A DNA stretch of 37,376 nucleotides from NCBI GenBank assembly GCA_009782825.1, contig WRII01000027.1:1-37376 (forward strand), given 5' to 3'. Under the pieces are notes generated by a model that saw nothing but the letters and a program-made list of their open reading frames with translations, did no database searches and was not told the origin of the DNA. This document shows, piece after piece, positions 1 to 9,235 of this stretch. The stretch is from Peptococcaceae bacterium (GTDB lineage: Bacteria > Bacillota > Desulfitobacteriia > Desulfitobacteriales > Syntrophobotulaceae). The position numbers and the translations under genes were made by a program. Numbering within the stretch: the stretch's first letter is position 1; every line of letters starts with the position of its first letter.

Positions 1-171
1 AATCCCCCCCCCCCCCCCATTTTTTCCCTTTTTTATCTTTGCCTAACGCCCCTGTAGTGAATAAGCTGTGGATAAGTACACGATTCTCAACAAATACATT
101 ATGTTTTAGGGGAGATATTCTTTATGTGGTAAATATATAAAATCTGAAACTCTTATCCATATCCTGAACAA

Positions 172-211
172 ACAGGTCTGTTAAAATACTTGCATATTTC
201 AACAGACCCGT
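172..211 (-). terminator. Candidate intrinsic terminator downstream of floT (8-bp stem ggtctgtt/aacagacc, 18-nt loop, followed on the minus-strand RNA by UGUUUGUU)
   Basis: A perfect 8-bp inverted repeat is visible directly 3' of the floT stop codon on the minus strand. A U-rich tract follows it. Confidence 0.35.
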
Positions 212-261
212 GTTGTGTTTCCTTTTATTTTTATTTTATCATAAACGATTACGTCTATGAG

Positions 262-1713
262 TTACCCAACCCCATCCCTCTGCGGGACGGCGCTGTCACC
301 CCGATCGGCGCTGTCACTTTGGCCAACGCCATCACCGGAGGCAGGGGAGGGGAGTGTCTTGCCCAAAAACTCCGGCATTTCCATGCCTGCCTGACGGAAA
401 AGCTCGTTCATCGGCGGAATGGACTTCAGCATCCCCGCCAGAAAATTGGCGGTAGCGGGGGATCCGTCCTGGCCGTTCATGCTGTCCCAAACAGTCACTT
501 TGTCAATCTTGAGATTCTTAATGGCTTCAACCTGGATCTGGACCAAATCTTGCAGCTTATCCGCGATCATGAGCTTGACGGCAGCATTAGGATCGCCGCC
601 GGCAGCGGCCACCAGCTGCTGCATCCCGTTGGCCTGACGCATAAGTGTTTCTTCCAGTCCTTTCGCCTGAGCCTGCATCTTCGCAAAGATCGCATCCGCT
701 TCCCCGCGGGCAGTGCGGCGCTTGACCTCGGCTTCAGCCTCCGCAGCAATCTCAGCCTGGCGTTTTTCAATTTCCGCTCGCACAATAACATCGGCTTCCT
801 GAGACGCCTGTTCCAGAGACGCACGGGTCTGCTCCGCTTCCTGTTGAGCAATATAGGCTTCCTGCAACGCTTTTGCCGACTGAACTTTTTCCGCGGCTGT
901 GGCGAGACGCAGAGCCTCGGCTTCCTTTTCCCGGCGTCTTGCTTCGGACTGAGCCACTTGGATCTTCGCGTCGTTTTCCCCCTGGATCGCGGTAGCGTCA
1001 GCGGCAGCCACCTCGATACGCTGATCCCTATGAGCGTTGGCCTGACCGATAGATCCATCTCTGTCTTTTTCCGCCACAGATTTTTTAGCGTCATTGATGG
1101 CCTTAGCGGCAGCTTCTTTACCCAAGGCTTCAATATATCCCGATTCATCGTTGATGTCCGTCACGTTGACATTGATGAGGCGCAGCCCAATCTTTTTCAG
1201 CTCAATCTCGACGTTGTTCGATACAGCCACCAGGAATTTATCCCGGTCTGTATTGATTTCCTCAATATCCATGGTGGCAATCACCAAACGCAGCTGACCG
1301 AAAATAATATCTTTCGCCAATTCCTGAACTTCATTCATCCTCAGGCCCAGCAGGCGCTCAGCGGCATTTTGCATGGTTCCCTGCTCGGTGGAAATCCCGA
1401 CAGTAAAACGGGAGGGAACATCAACACGGATATTTTGCTTAGAAAGCGCGTTTCTCAAGTCCACATTCAGGGATATGGGTGTCAAATCCAGGTATTGGTA
1501 GGACTGCAGAACTGGGATAATAAATGACGCCCCTCCGTGAATACATTTAGCCGAACGGCTCTGTCCGCTGGAATCGGAACCAACCTTCCCGTAGATAACC
1601 AGCACCTTATCAGACGGGCATTTCCGGTAGCGGGATAAGATCGCCGCTATGAGAGCAAAGAGCACCACAGCAAGAACACAAATCCCCACCATAATTTCTA
1701 CCGATAAATCCAT
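262..1713 (-). CDS. floT: Flotillin-like SPFH/band-7 family membrane protein (FloT/YuaG-like)
   Basis: 483-aa ORF with an N-terminal transmembrane segment and an SPFH core. It has a long Ala/Glu/Gln/Lys-rich coiled-coil (EA-repeat region) typical of flotillins. The RBS aaaggaggag precedes the ATG. It lies downstream of an NfeD-like gene, as in the B. subtilis yuaF-floT pair. Confidence 0.85.
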   Translation of the reverse strand: MDLSVEIMVGICVLAVVLFALIAAILSRYRKCPSDKVLVIYGKVGSDSSGQSRSAKCIHGGASFIIPVLQSYQYLDLTPISLNVDLRNALSKQNIRVDVPSRFTVGISTEQGTMQNAAERLLGLRMNEVQELAKDIIFGQLRLVIATMDIEEINTDRDKFLVAVSNNVEIELKKIGLRLINVNVTDINDESGYIEALGKEAAAKAINDAKKSVAEKDRDGSIGQANAHRDQRIEVAAADATAIQGENDAKIQVAQSEARRREKEAEALRLATAAEKVQSAKALQEAYIAQQEAEQTRASLEQASQEADVIVRAEIEKRQAEIAAEAEAEVKRRTARGEADAIFAKMQAQAKGLEETLMRQANGMQQLVAAAGGDPNAAVKLMIADKLQDLVQIQVEAIKNLKIDKVTVWDSMNGQDGSPATANFLAGMLKSIPPMNELFRQAGMEMPEFLGKTLPSPASGDGVGQSDSADRGDSAVPQRDGVG

Positions 1714-1752
1714 ACTTTCTCCTCCTTTAAAAATTGAAGTGAATTGACTGAT

Positions 1753-1799
1753 GCGGGCTTTGCCCGCAAGTGGTCAGTGATCAGTGGTTAGTGGTCAGT
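1753..1799 (-). ncRNA. Intercistronic repeat element, copy 1 (hairpin GCGGGC-ttt-GCCCGC plus GTGGTCA/GTGGTTA heptamer repeats), between nfeD and floT
   Basis: The sequence gcgggctttgcccgc-aagtggtcagtgatcagtggttagtggtcagt is read directly. It lies in the 128-nt gap between co-directional nfeD and floT. Orientation is given relative to minus-strand transcription. Confidence 0.6.
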
Positions 1800-1841
1800 A
1801 TTGGATTTTCTTGTGTATCTACCAAACTGCAGAAAATCGTC

Positions 1842-2480
1842 TCATGATTCCAAATCCTCCCTTTCCTCTTCGACCACCAGAACCCCTGCCCGAACATCCA
1901 TAACCCTGACGACAGTCCCGGAAGGCAAATTTTTTGTGGCGTCGGAGATCGCGTCCGCTTCAATAAAACGCTCTTGCACCACCAGATTCACTTTCCCTTG
2001 CTGGCCGGGAGCAATCGGGATATAGACCTGGCCAGTAACACCAAGGGCGTTTTTAAGAGATATGTTACCGCTGGACGTGAGTCTGCGCGCCGCCCAGACC
2101 AGTTTGGCCACACCATACATAGCGAGAAACCCCATGACACACCCTATGGGTACGGCAAGAAGCAGACTCCCAAAAGCATGATACAGGATCAGGGAAGCCC
2201 AGCCGAATACAGACAGTAAAGCTACAATACCCTGAAGTGAAAAAAGGCGCAATGCGGAGAAATCTCCAACGTGTGCTCCATCTCCGGGATGACCCATATC
2301 AGTCTCCATCTCCACATCCAGACCCAATCCGGAAACATCACTGGGATTGACATCAGCCTCCAAATGTCCCCAGCCTATTAATGTGAGCAGGGTCTGCAGG
2401 AGAAGAATGAGTGTCGCAGGGATGGCTATACAATACAGAATCTGAGATGCGAGATCCAGACTTTCCCACCATACGACCAT
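1842..2480 (-). CDS. NfeD-like membrane protein (YuaF-like, flotillin partner)
   Basis: 212-aa ORF with N-terminal hydrophobic segments and a C-terminal beta-rich OB-like region. The RBS aaggagg sits 8 nt upstream. It is immediately upstream of the flotillin gene on the same strand, which is the canonical nfeD-floT pairing. Confidence 0.7.
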   Translation of the reverse strand: MVVWWESLDLASQILYCIAIPATLILLLQTLLTLIGWGHLEADVNPSDVSGLGLDVEMETDMGHPGDGAHVGDFSALRLFSLQGIVALLSVFGWASLILYHAFGSLLLAVPIGCVMGFLAMYGVAKLVWAARRLTSSGNISLKNALGVTGQVYIPIAPGQQGKVNLVVQERFIEADAISDATKNLPSGTVVRVMDVRAGVLVVEEEREDLES

Positions 2481-2673
2481 ATAAATATCCTCCTTTCGTT
2501 GAGTGATTCTACTCTTGGGGTCTACTCTTGTTAATATTATTTACCTTCACATATTATTATAAAACTTCTGTCGATAATCGTCAAGATATGGCAAGATATA
2601 TTTTATCAAGACACATTGCGTTGAACCAAGTATGACAAATTTTTCGCAAACTTTTGTGGGTCTTTTACTTGAA

Positions 2674-2702
2674 ATTATAAGAACGGCATGTTAAGATGAC
2701 GT
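2674..2702 (+). promoter_or_regulatory. Candidate sigma-A promoter for the XRE/AlbA_2 cassette (-35 TTGAAA, 17-nt spacer, -10 TAAGAT)
   Basis: Hexamers were read from the sequence. The spacing is canonical. The promoter is upstream of the inverted-repeat pair and the XRE start. Confidence 0.3.
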
Positions 2703-2725
2703 TAATATGATTAACACCATTATAT

Positions 2726-2757
2726 AGGGGCTGTAACTAAATAAGTTTGACATTAGG
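2726..2757. repeat. Left copy of the ~30-bp repeat AGGGGCTGTAA..TAAGTTTGACATT. It also forms the left arm of a 21-nt inverted repeat with 2864-2884
   Basis: Direct comparison with 4841-4873 shows 11 identical nt followed by a shared taagttt(g)acatt. A third partial copy, TAGGGGCTGTAACTAAA, is at 11437-11453. Confidence 0.6.
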
Positions 2758-2857
2758 CCGCCGGATTTTTGTCGACAGGCAAGGCGAAAATCCGCAGGCA
2801 ACCTGGAAGGTTTTCAAGGATTTTCAACGAAACATGGCGGCAAAAAGACAAGGAATA

Positions 2858-3409
2858 ATGTCAAAGTTATTTAGTTACAGTCCCATAGCGGGGAAACTTA
2901 TGGACTATAAGGAATTGGGGAAAAGAATTAAAGAGCTGCGCCTGGCAAAAAAATTAACCCAAAGCGAGCTTGTCAGCGACTTTATCACCCGCAGTATGCT
3001 CAGCCAGATTGAAAGTGGAAGCGCAACACCTTCTATGCGGACCCTCGAATATATTGCCCAGAAGCTGCAGATACCCGTATCAGAGCTGGTTCCGGATCAG
3101 TCCGCGAGTCTTGACTGCTTGTTAACCGCTAAGCGGGCCTTGGCCGCGAAAGACTACGACCGGGTACTGCAATTCGCTGAAAAACTTCCTGTAGCCTTAG
3201 CGGATGAAGCCTACGCGTTAAAAGCGAAGGCCCATTTGGAGCTTGCGAAACTCCTCGAAGCACAACACCGGCACAAATCTGCCGCGGACCATGCCCATGC
3301 GGCAGCCTCCAACGCCAGTCAAGGGGTTTACGCATCCCGGCATCTGCGGGCTGATGCTTTGCTGCTGCTGGATGAAGCGGAACATTCCGGAGAGGTGGAA
3401 TCCACATGA
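2858..3409 (+). CDS. XRE-family helix-turn-helix transcriptional regulator (HTH_XRE N-terminal, helical C-terminal domain)
   Basis: The segment LGKRIKELRLAKKLTQSELVSDFITRSMLSQIESGSATPSMRTLEYIAQKLQIPVSEL is a textbook Cro/C1-type HTH. The start is uncertain: ATG at 2858 (RBS aaggaa) or ATG at 2900. The annotated ORF opens at a TTG at 2747, which is unlikely to be the start. The stop overlaps the next gene's start (ATGA). Confidence 0.75.
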   Translation: MSKLFSYSPIAGKLMDYKELGKRIKELRLAKKLTQSELVSDFITRSMLSQIESGSATPSMRTLEYIAQKLQIPVSELVPDQSASLDCLLTAKRALAAKDYDRVLQFAEKLPVALADEAYALKAKAHLELAKLLEAQHRHKSAADHAHAAASNASQGVYASRHLRADALLLLDEAEHSGEVEST

Positions 3410-4842
3410 CATCTGAACATATACAAAATCTGCTTGCCAATGGCGAAGGTTTAGCAGTCGAGTTCAAGGAGTGCGTGAACACACTGAATAATAGTGTCTG
3501 GGAGACAGTCTGCTCATTCTCTAACCGTTATGGAGGACATCTCATTCTCGGCGTGTCGGATGACGGAACGCCAATAGGCGTAAATCCTCAAGCTGCACTA
3601 CAAATGAAAAAGAATTTTGCCAGCATGTTAAACAATCCGCAGAAAACATCACCATCGCTGTTCTTAAGCCTCGAAGAAGTGGAATTGGCCGGCAAACTTC
3701 TGCTCCATACCTATATCCCAGTAAGCTCGCAGATACAGTCCTGCTCAGGCAGGATATACGACCGCAATGAAGATGGGGACTTTGACATCACAAACTCTGC
3801 CGACCTTGTGGCGCATTTGTCTATACGCAAGTTAAACCAGTTCACAGAACGGGAGGTATTTCCTTACGCAACTTTAGACGACCTGCGCCTTGATCTTATC
3901 CTTCAAGTAAAGAGAATGGCAGTTGGGCGTATTCCGGGTCACCCATGGAAAGACATGACCGATATGGAGCTGTTTAAAAGCGCCGGATTGTACGAAAGCG
4001 ACCTGCGGACAGGCAAGAAAGGTTTCAATCGCGCTGCCATACTGCTGTTTGGACGGGAAGAGGTCATCCAGCAAGTTGCACCTGGATATGTTACCGATTG
4101 CCTGTTGCGCGTTAGGAACAAAGACCGCTACGACGACAGGCTGCGTGTGGAAACCAATCTTATTGAGAGTTTTGATGTCCTTATGGAATTTATCTCTAAG
4201 CACACCAATGACCCATTCTTCTTGATAGACAATCTGAATGTAAGCGTGAGAAGTCACATAGCCAAGGAAATCGTTTCAAACATCCTTGTTCATCGAGAGT
4301 TCTCAGGTACATTTCCGGCACGCATCATCATAGAGCAAGACCGCCTTATCGCAGAAAACTGGAACCGCGCCCTTCGCCACGGACGTATAGACCCAGAAAA
4401 TTTTGAGCCATATCCGAAGAACCCTATACTTGCCCGATTTTTTGTTAATATCGGTTACGCGGACACGCTCGGCTCAGGCGTTCGCAACCTTGTGAAGTAT
4501 ACGAAGCTTTATTCAGGTGGAGAGCCGGAACTGATTGAAGGCGAAATATTCAGGACTATTATCCCGCTTGGCACTAATGTGCCAGTTTCTGTTGCCGATA
4601 AAGTTGCCGATAAGTTGCCGATAAAAGTTGCCGATAAATTGACTGTAGCTGAAATAACATTCTTGAAGTTGCTTGAACCCTATCTCCATGAACACGAATG
4701 GATAACAAACGCTGAAGCGAGGGAAATTACCGCAAAAGCGGAAGGAAGTGTAAAACGGTTTCTGCATAACCTTGTGGATAAAGGGGTGCTTGAAATCCGC
4801 GGCGGAAATAAGAACCGCCAGTACCGATTATGTAAGACTTAG
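3406..4842 (+). CDS. AlbA_2 (Schlafen-like 'divergent AAA') plus HATPase_c_4 domain protein with a C-terminal winged-HTH-like region. Putative nucleic-acid-binding regulator or defence-associated ATP-binding protein
   Basis: The N-terminal segment GEGLAVEFKECVN...FSNRYGGHLILGVSDDGTPIGV matches the AlbA_2/Schlafen core. The C-terminal segment NPILARFFVNIGYADTLGSGVRNL matches the HATPase_c_4 signature. An internal VADK(L/V) tandem peptide repeat is encoded by gttgccgataa repeats at ~4594-4650. The gene is translationally coupled to the XRE gene. Confidence 0.7.
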   Translation: MTSEHIQNLLANGEGLAVEFKECVNTLNNSVWETVCSFSNRYGGHLILGVSDDGTPIGVNPQAALQMKKNFASMLNNPQKTSPSLFLSLEEVELAGKLLLHTYIPVSSQIQSCSGRIYDRNEDGDFDITNSADLVAHLSIRKLNQFTEREVFPYATLDDLRLDLILQVKRMAVGRIPGHPWKDMTDMELFKSAGLYESDLRTGKKGFNRAAILLFGREEVIQQVAPGYVTDCLLRVRNKDRYDDRLRVETNLIESFDVLMEFISKHTNDPFFLIDNLNVSVRSHIAKEIVSNILVHREFSGTFPARIIIEQDRLIAENWNRALRHGRIDPENFEPYPKNPILARFFVNIGYADTLGSGVRNLVKYTKLYSGGEPELIEGEIFRTIIPLGTNVPVSVADKVADKLPIKVADKLTVAEITFLKLLEPYLHEHEWITNAEAREITAKAEGSVKRFLHNLVDKGVLEIRGGNKNRQYRLCKT

Positions 4843-4873
4843 GGGCTGTAAGTCCCTTAAGTTTACATTGCTG
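4841..4873. repeat. Right copy of the ~30-bp repeat (AGGGGCTGTAAGTCCCTTAAGTTTACATTG) bounding the XRE/AlbA_2 cassette
   Basis: Seen directly. It overlaps the -35 box of the ileS promoter. Confidence 0.6.
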
Positions 4874-4890
4874 CTGATTTCGCTATAATA
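4862..4890 (+). promoter_or_regulatory. ileS sigma-A promoter (-35 TTTACA, 17-nt spacer, -10 TATAAT)
   Basis: The sequence gtttacattgctgctgatttcgctataat is read directly. It sits 27 nt upstream of the ileS RBS aggagg. Confidence 0.5.
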
Positions 4891-4916
4891 AATAAAGATA
4901 GGAGGTTTTAAGTCAG

Positions 4917-7733
4917 ATGGACTATAAAGACACATTAAATCTTCCGCAAACAAATTTCCCCATGCGCGGAAATTTGCCGGAACGGGAACCGGCTATCCTG
5001 AAAAAATGGGAAGAAAAGGACATCTACCGTCGCGTGCAGACCGCGCGTCACGGGTGTCCAAAATTCGTTCTGCATGATGGACCTCCCTATGCCAACGGGG
5101 CGCTGCATATGGGGCATGCTTTGAATAAAATTTTGAAGGATTTAATTATTCGGTACAAGACCATGGCCGGGTTTGACGCCCCTTATGTCCCGGGCTGGGA
5201 CACCCATGGCCTGCCCATCGAGCAGCAGGTGATCAAAACCTTGGGTGTCAACCGCAAAGCTGTGGATGTGGGCGAGTTTCGTAATCGTTGCCGGGATTAT
5301 GCTCTGGAGTATGTGGATATCCAAAGAGAACAGTTTAAGATGCTTGGGGTTCTTGGAGATTGGGAAAACCCTTATCTGACACTTACCCCGGAATATGAGG
5401 CGGAACAGATCGGCGTCTTTGGCGCCATGGCGCAAAAAGGGTTCATCTACAAGGGGCTGAAACCTGTCTACTGGTGCCCGTCCTGCGAAACAGCTTTGGC
5501 CGAGGCGGAGATTGAGTATGCGGATCGGCGCTCCATGGCGCTCTTTGTCAGGTTTCCTGTCAAAGAGGGTAAGGGAATTCTGCCTGATCAGCCAGACAGA
5601 TCTTGCTCCCTGGTCATCTGGACAACAACGCCCTGGACGCTGCCGGCCAACCTGGCCGTTTGTCTGCATCCAGAATATGAGTACGCCCTTGTCCGCGGAA
5701 ACGACAGTAACGGAATTTTAATGGTCGTAGCCTTAGATCTTTTGGACTCCTTGAGACCCCAATGGGGGATGGAGCTTCCTGTTGAAAAAACCTTCCTGGG
5801 CCGGGATCTGGAAGGCATCGTCTGCCAACACCCCTTATGTGACCGTAATTCCGTTGTCATTATGGGAGATCATGTGACGCTGGAGCAGGGAACCGGATGT
5901 GTACACACAGCCCCGGGACACGGTGTTGATGACTTCGCTGTCGGCCGCGCCAACGGATTGGAAGTTCTGTGTCCGGTAGACTTTCAAGGAAAATTCACCA
6001 CAGAAGGGGGGCCCTACGCCGGGCTCAAAGTCCGGGAAGCCGATTCCCGTATTGTAGAAGACCTGCAGCAGTCGGGCCAGCTGGTTCTATCAGAAAACGT
6101 AACACACAGTTATCCCCATTGCTGGCGCTGCAAGAACCCCATTATTTTCCGCGCTACAGAGCAGTGGTTTGCTTCTATTGATGGATTCCGCCAGGAAGCC
6201 TTGACGGAAATTGATAAGGTTCGCTTTATTCCGCCTTGGGGTCGGGACAGAATCTATAACATGATTGCTGATCGGGGAGATTGGTGTATTTCGCGGCAGA
6301 GAACCTGGGGCGTCCCTATTCCGATCTTTTATTGTGACAGCTGCGAAGGCGAGATTATCACACCGGAGACCATTGCTCATGTGCAGCAGCTCTTCCGCCA
6401 GGAAGGGTCGTCAGCATGGTTTGCGCGGTCAGCCGAGGAGCTTTTGCCGCCCAACTTCGTCTGTTCCTGCGGGGGCACAACCTTTCATAAGGAAACGGAC
6501 ATTATGGATGTCTGGTTTGATTCCGGCAGCAGCCATATGGCCATATTGCGGCGCCGTCCGGAACTCACCTGGCCGGCGGATATGTATCTGGAAGGCTCTG
6601 ATCAGCATCGGGGATGGTTCAATTCCTCACTGTCCACCTCCGTGGCTATCACCGGACAAGCGCCGTATAGGGCCGTTTTGACCCACGGATTTCTTGTGGA
6701 TGAGAAGGGTATCAAGGTGTCCAAATCCTTAGGCAACTATGTTGACCTGCTCAAAGTCATCAAAGACATGGGAGCCGATATCATCCGCCTTTGGGTGGCC
6801 GCTTCCGATTATCAGAATGATGTGGCTGTTTCTCCCCGCATTATGAAACAGATGACAGAGGCCTACCGCAAAATCCGCAATACTTTACGCTTCCTGTTAG
6901 GCAATCTCTATGATTTTAACCCTCAGGAACACGCGATTCCTTATGACGCCCTTACTGAAATTGACACATGGATTTTGGCCAAGCTGGCGGCTCTGATTGA
7001 CCGCTGCCGTCAAGCCTACGATGACTATGAATTCCATACCGTATATCATAGCCTCCATAATTTTTGCACGATTGAGCTGAGTTCGATCTATATGGACATC
7101 ACCAAAGACCGCCTGTATGTTGAGGACAAAACCTCCCTCCTGCGCCGCAGCGCTCAAACAGTGATGAATGAAACAGTGGAGGCTCTCTTGCTTCTGCTGG
7201 CTCCTATTTTGGCGTTCACCACGGATGAGGCTTGGGAGTATTTGCCTTCCGTTCGCTGTCGAAACTCTGGAGACTCACAAGAATCTGAGAATCAAATCAT
7301 CCAATCCGCCTTTATGCCTGAAGTGGATCCTCACTGGCGCAATCCGGATATCCTGGAAACTTGGGAAGCCATCCTGATGCTGCGCGGGGAAATCACCAAG
7401 GCTCTGGAAAGCGCCCGGCAAAACAAACAGATCACCCATTCTTTGACGGCTCACGTGCAATTGTATCCGTCCGATGCCGATCAGGAAGCGTTTTTGCGGG
7501 GTATCCCTCGCCTTCAGGATGTGGTCATCGTCTCTCAGCTGACAATTTATCCGGCCAAAACCCCGGCGCCTTCTCAATCGTGTCCGGCTCAGGACTTCCC
7601 TGGCCTGGTCATCGCTATTGATATGGCGCAAGGGGAAAAATGTGAGCGCTGTTGGATGTACAGCGTGGATGTGGGCCGCGATACGGCGCACCCGGATCTG
7701 TGTCCCCGGTGCTGTAAGGTTTTATCATCATAA
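4917..7733 (+). CDS. ileS: Isoleucine--tRNA ligase
   Basis: 938 aa. Canonical N-terminus [21 protein letters not shown]. The HIGH-type motif [14 protein letters not shown] and the KMSKS motif KVSKSLGN are present. A C-terminal zinc-binding Cys cluster (CERCWMY...CPRCC) is present. Confidence 0.97.
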   Translation: MDYKDTLNLPQTNFPMRGNLPEREPAILKKWEEKDIYRRVQTARHGCPKFVLHDGPPYANGALHMGHALNKILKDLIIRYKTMAGFDAPYVPGWDTHGLPIEQQVIKTLGVNRKAVDVGEFRNRCRDYALEYVDIQREQFKMLGVLGDWENPYLTLTPEYEAEQIGVFGAMAQKGFIYKGLKPVYWCPSCETALAEAEIEYADRRSMALFVRFPVKEGKGILPDQPDRSCSLVIWTTTPWTLPANLAVCLHPEYEYALVRGNDSNGILMVVALDLLDSLRPQWGMELPVEKTFLGRDLEGIVCQHPLCDRNSVVIMGDHVTLEQGTGCVHTAPGHGVDDFAVGRANGLEVLCPVDFQGKFTTEGGPYAGLKVREADSRIVEDLQQSGQLVLSENVTHSYPHCWRCKNPIIFRATEQWFASIDGFRQEALTEIDKVRFIPPWGRDRIYNMIADRGDWCISRQRTWGVPIPIFYCDSCEGEIITPETIAHVQQLFRQEGSSAWFARSAEELLPPNFVCSCGGTTFHKETDIMDVWFDSGSSHMAILRRRPELTWPADMYLEGSDQHRGWFNSSLSTSVAITGQAPYRAVLTHGFLVDEKGIKVSKSLGNYVDLLKVIKDMGADIIRLWVAASDYQNDVAVSPRIMKQMTEAYRKIRNTLRFLLGNLYDFNPQEHAIPYDALTEIDTWILAKLAALIDRCRQAYDDYEFHTVYHSLHNFCTIELSSIYMDITKDRLYVEDKTSLLRRSAQTVMNETVEALLLLLAPILAFTTDEAWEYLPSVRCRNSGDSQESENQIIQSAFMPEVDPHWRNPDILETWEAILMLRGEITKALESARQNKQITHSLTAHVQLYPSDADQEAFLRGIPRLQDVVIVSQLTIYPAKTPAPSQSCPAQDFPGLVIAIDMAQGEKCERCWMYSVDVGRDTAHPDLCPRCCKVLSS

Positions 7734-7787
7734 ATTGCTGTAAGGTTTTATCATCATATTGCGATAAGGTCTTATCATCATAAATTA
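7710..7787. repeat. Three tandem ~25-bp copies of (A)TTGCTGTAAGGTTTTATCATCATA spanning the ileS stop codon
   Basis: Read directly: gctgtaaggttttatcatcataa / ttgctgtaaggttttatcatcata / ttgcgataaggtcttatcatcataa. Confidence 0.8.
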
Positions 7788-7801
7788 AAGGAGTATTTTC
7801 T

Positions 7802-8407
7802 ATGCAAAGTTTCAAGGTTCCTGTGGGAATTTCCAACCGGCACCTGCACCTGTCCGAGAAAGACTTAAAAACCCTTTTCGGATCTCAAGCTGAGCTCACT
7901 CATAAAAAGGCCTTGCGCCAGGAAGGCCAGTTTGCCTCCGAAGAAACAGTGACCCTTGCCGGTCCAAAAGGCTCTATGGAAGGCGTGCGTGTGCTTGGCC
8001 CTACCCGGGCGAAAACCCAAGTGGAGCTGACTCTGTCTGATGCCTACAAGCTGGGCATATCTCCGCTGCCGCCTGTGCGCGAGTCGGGGGATCTGGCCGG
8101 ATCTCCTGGTATCGAGATTGTGGGGCCGGTGGGGCGGATCACCCTGGATGAAGGTGTCATTGTCGCCAAGAGGCATGTTCATGTCCGTTCAGAAGACGCC
8201 GTTACCAAGGGAGTTAAGAACGGAGACAGTGTTTCTGTGCGGGTCAATTCAGAGCGGGGAGGGCTCTTCCTGGACGTTGTGATCCGTGTGGATCCAACCT
8301 TCAATCTGGAATTTCACATTGACACAGACGAAAGCAACGCGTTTTCTCTGCAAAATGGCGTTATGGCCGATGTGCTGCCCAATTGGGAAATGGAAAGCGG
8401 GAAGTGA
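7802..8407 (+). CDS. pduL: PduL-family phosphate acyltransferase (phosphate propanoyl/acetyl-transferase)
   Basis: 201 aa with two PduL repeats. Motifs VGISNRHLHLS, ETVTLAGPKG, VRVLGP, GVIVAKRHVHV and IRVDPTFNLEFHIDTDESNA are collinear with Salmonella PduL. The RBS aaaggag is present. Confidence 0.85.
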   Translation: MQSFKVPVGISNRHLHLSEKDLKTLFGSQAELTHKKALRQEGQFASEETVTLAGPKGSMEGVRVLGPTRAKTQVELTLSDAYKLGISPLPPVRESGDLAGSPGIEIVGPVGRITLDEGVIVAKRHVHVRSEDAVTKGVKNGDSVSVRVNSERGGLFLDVVIRVDPTFNLEFHIDTDESNAFSLQNGVMADVLPNWEMESGK

Positions 8408-8419
8408 GAAGCGGGAAAC

Positions 8420-8482
8420 CAAAGCCAAGTGAGCAGAATAAAACCAAGTAAGTAGAATAAAGCCAAGTGAGTAGAATCACTC
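8420..8482. repeat. Intergenic tandem repeat, ~19-bp unit AGCCAAGTGAGTAGAATAA, x3-4, between pduL and lspA
   Basis: Read directly: agccaagtgagcagaataa / aaccaagtaagtagaataa / agccaagtgagtagaatca. Confidence 0.8.
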
Positions 8483-8491
8483 AAGTAGGAG

Positions 8492-9193
8492 TTGGGGGTT
8501 GGTATTTTGTATTATATTTGGATTATTGCAGCTGTCATTTTTCTTCTGGATCGTATCACCAAGCTCTTGGTCATCTCCAACATTAGTCTCGGTACCAGTT
8601 GGCCTGTCATTCACAATTTCTTTTATCTATCACATGTGCAGAATCAAGGCGCCGCCTTTGGCCTGTTTGCGGGCGGCACCCCTTATTTTATTGTTTTTAC
8701 TCTGGTGGTGGGGTGTGCCGCCGCCTTGCTCCTGCGCAAAATGATATCCCACTTGACGAAACCTATCGCCATCTGTCTCGGCTTGATCATTGGCGGAGCT
8801 CTGGGTAACTTTGTTGACCGGGTGTATTGGGGATATGTTGTGGATTTTCTGAATTTTAATTTATTTCCCTTCGTTTTCAACCTTGCGGACAGCGCTCTGG
8901 TGGTGGGCAGCTTCATGCTTGCGGGATTGATGTTTTTTGGTGAAAATACCAAAGCAAAAAAGTTGGAAATGAAAGGGACTGTGGAAGCCGTGGAAACCGT
9001 GCAAGCCCCGGAAACTGTGGAAGCCGTGGAAACCGTGTCTGTGGACGAAGAAGATGAGTCCGGGAAAACGAGTGCCCCTGCAGGAAGGGAAGATGCGCCC
9101 ACAGACACGGATGATGCAGCTGAAGAAGAAGATGTGTCTCAGGAAGAAGAAGATATCCCTGCGGAAATGGAGGCTAGTGCAGCACTCCATTAG
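8492..9193 (+). CDS. lspA: Lipoprotein signal peptidase II with an acidic, repeat-containing C-terminal extension
   Basis: Four transmembrane segments. Conserved motifs NLGTSWPVIHNFFYLSHVQNQGAAFG and VVDFLNF...FNLAD are present (the catalytic Asp lies in the FNLAD box). It sits in the conserved ileS-lspA-rluD position. The start is probably the TTG at 8492, next to the RBS aggag. The last ~90 aa are a Glu/Asp-rich tail with a VEAVETV x2 repeat. Confidence 0.9.
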   Translation: MGVGILYYIWIIAAVIFLLDRITKLLVISNISLGTSWPVIHNFFYLSHVQNQGAAFGLFAGGTPYFIVFTLVVGCAAALLLRKMISHLTKPIAICLGLIIGGALGNFVDRVYWGYVVDFLNFNLFPFVFNLADSALVVGSFMLAGLMFFGENTKAKKLEMKGTVEAVETVQAPETVEAVETVSVDEEDESGKTSAPAGREDAPTDTDDAAEEEDVSQEEEDIPAEMEASAALH

Positions 9194-9235
9194 TAACTTA
9201 TGGACACGAAGCGTCCATAAAAAACAAGAAAATCC

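Noticed and set aside
567-1148. 193-aa Arg/Lys-rich ORF on the minus strand inside floT
   Set aside because: It is an alternative frame of the floT coding region (the GC-rich EA-repeat coding sequence gives open frames). No independent start signals.
190-1527. 445-aa ORF on the plus strand
   Set aside because: It is entirely antisense to the well-supported flotillin gene. It has no RBS and low-complexity translation, a typical shadow ORF of a coiled-coil gene.
4843-4916. Possible T-box riboswitch leader for ileS
   Set aside because: Only 75 nt separate the upstream gene from ileS. No AGGGTGGNACCGCG T-box sequence or specifier-loop architecture is present, and a plain sigma-A promoter accounts for the space.
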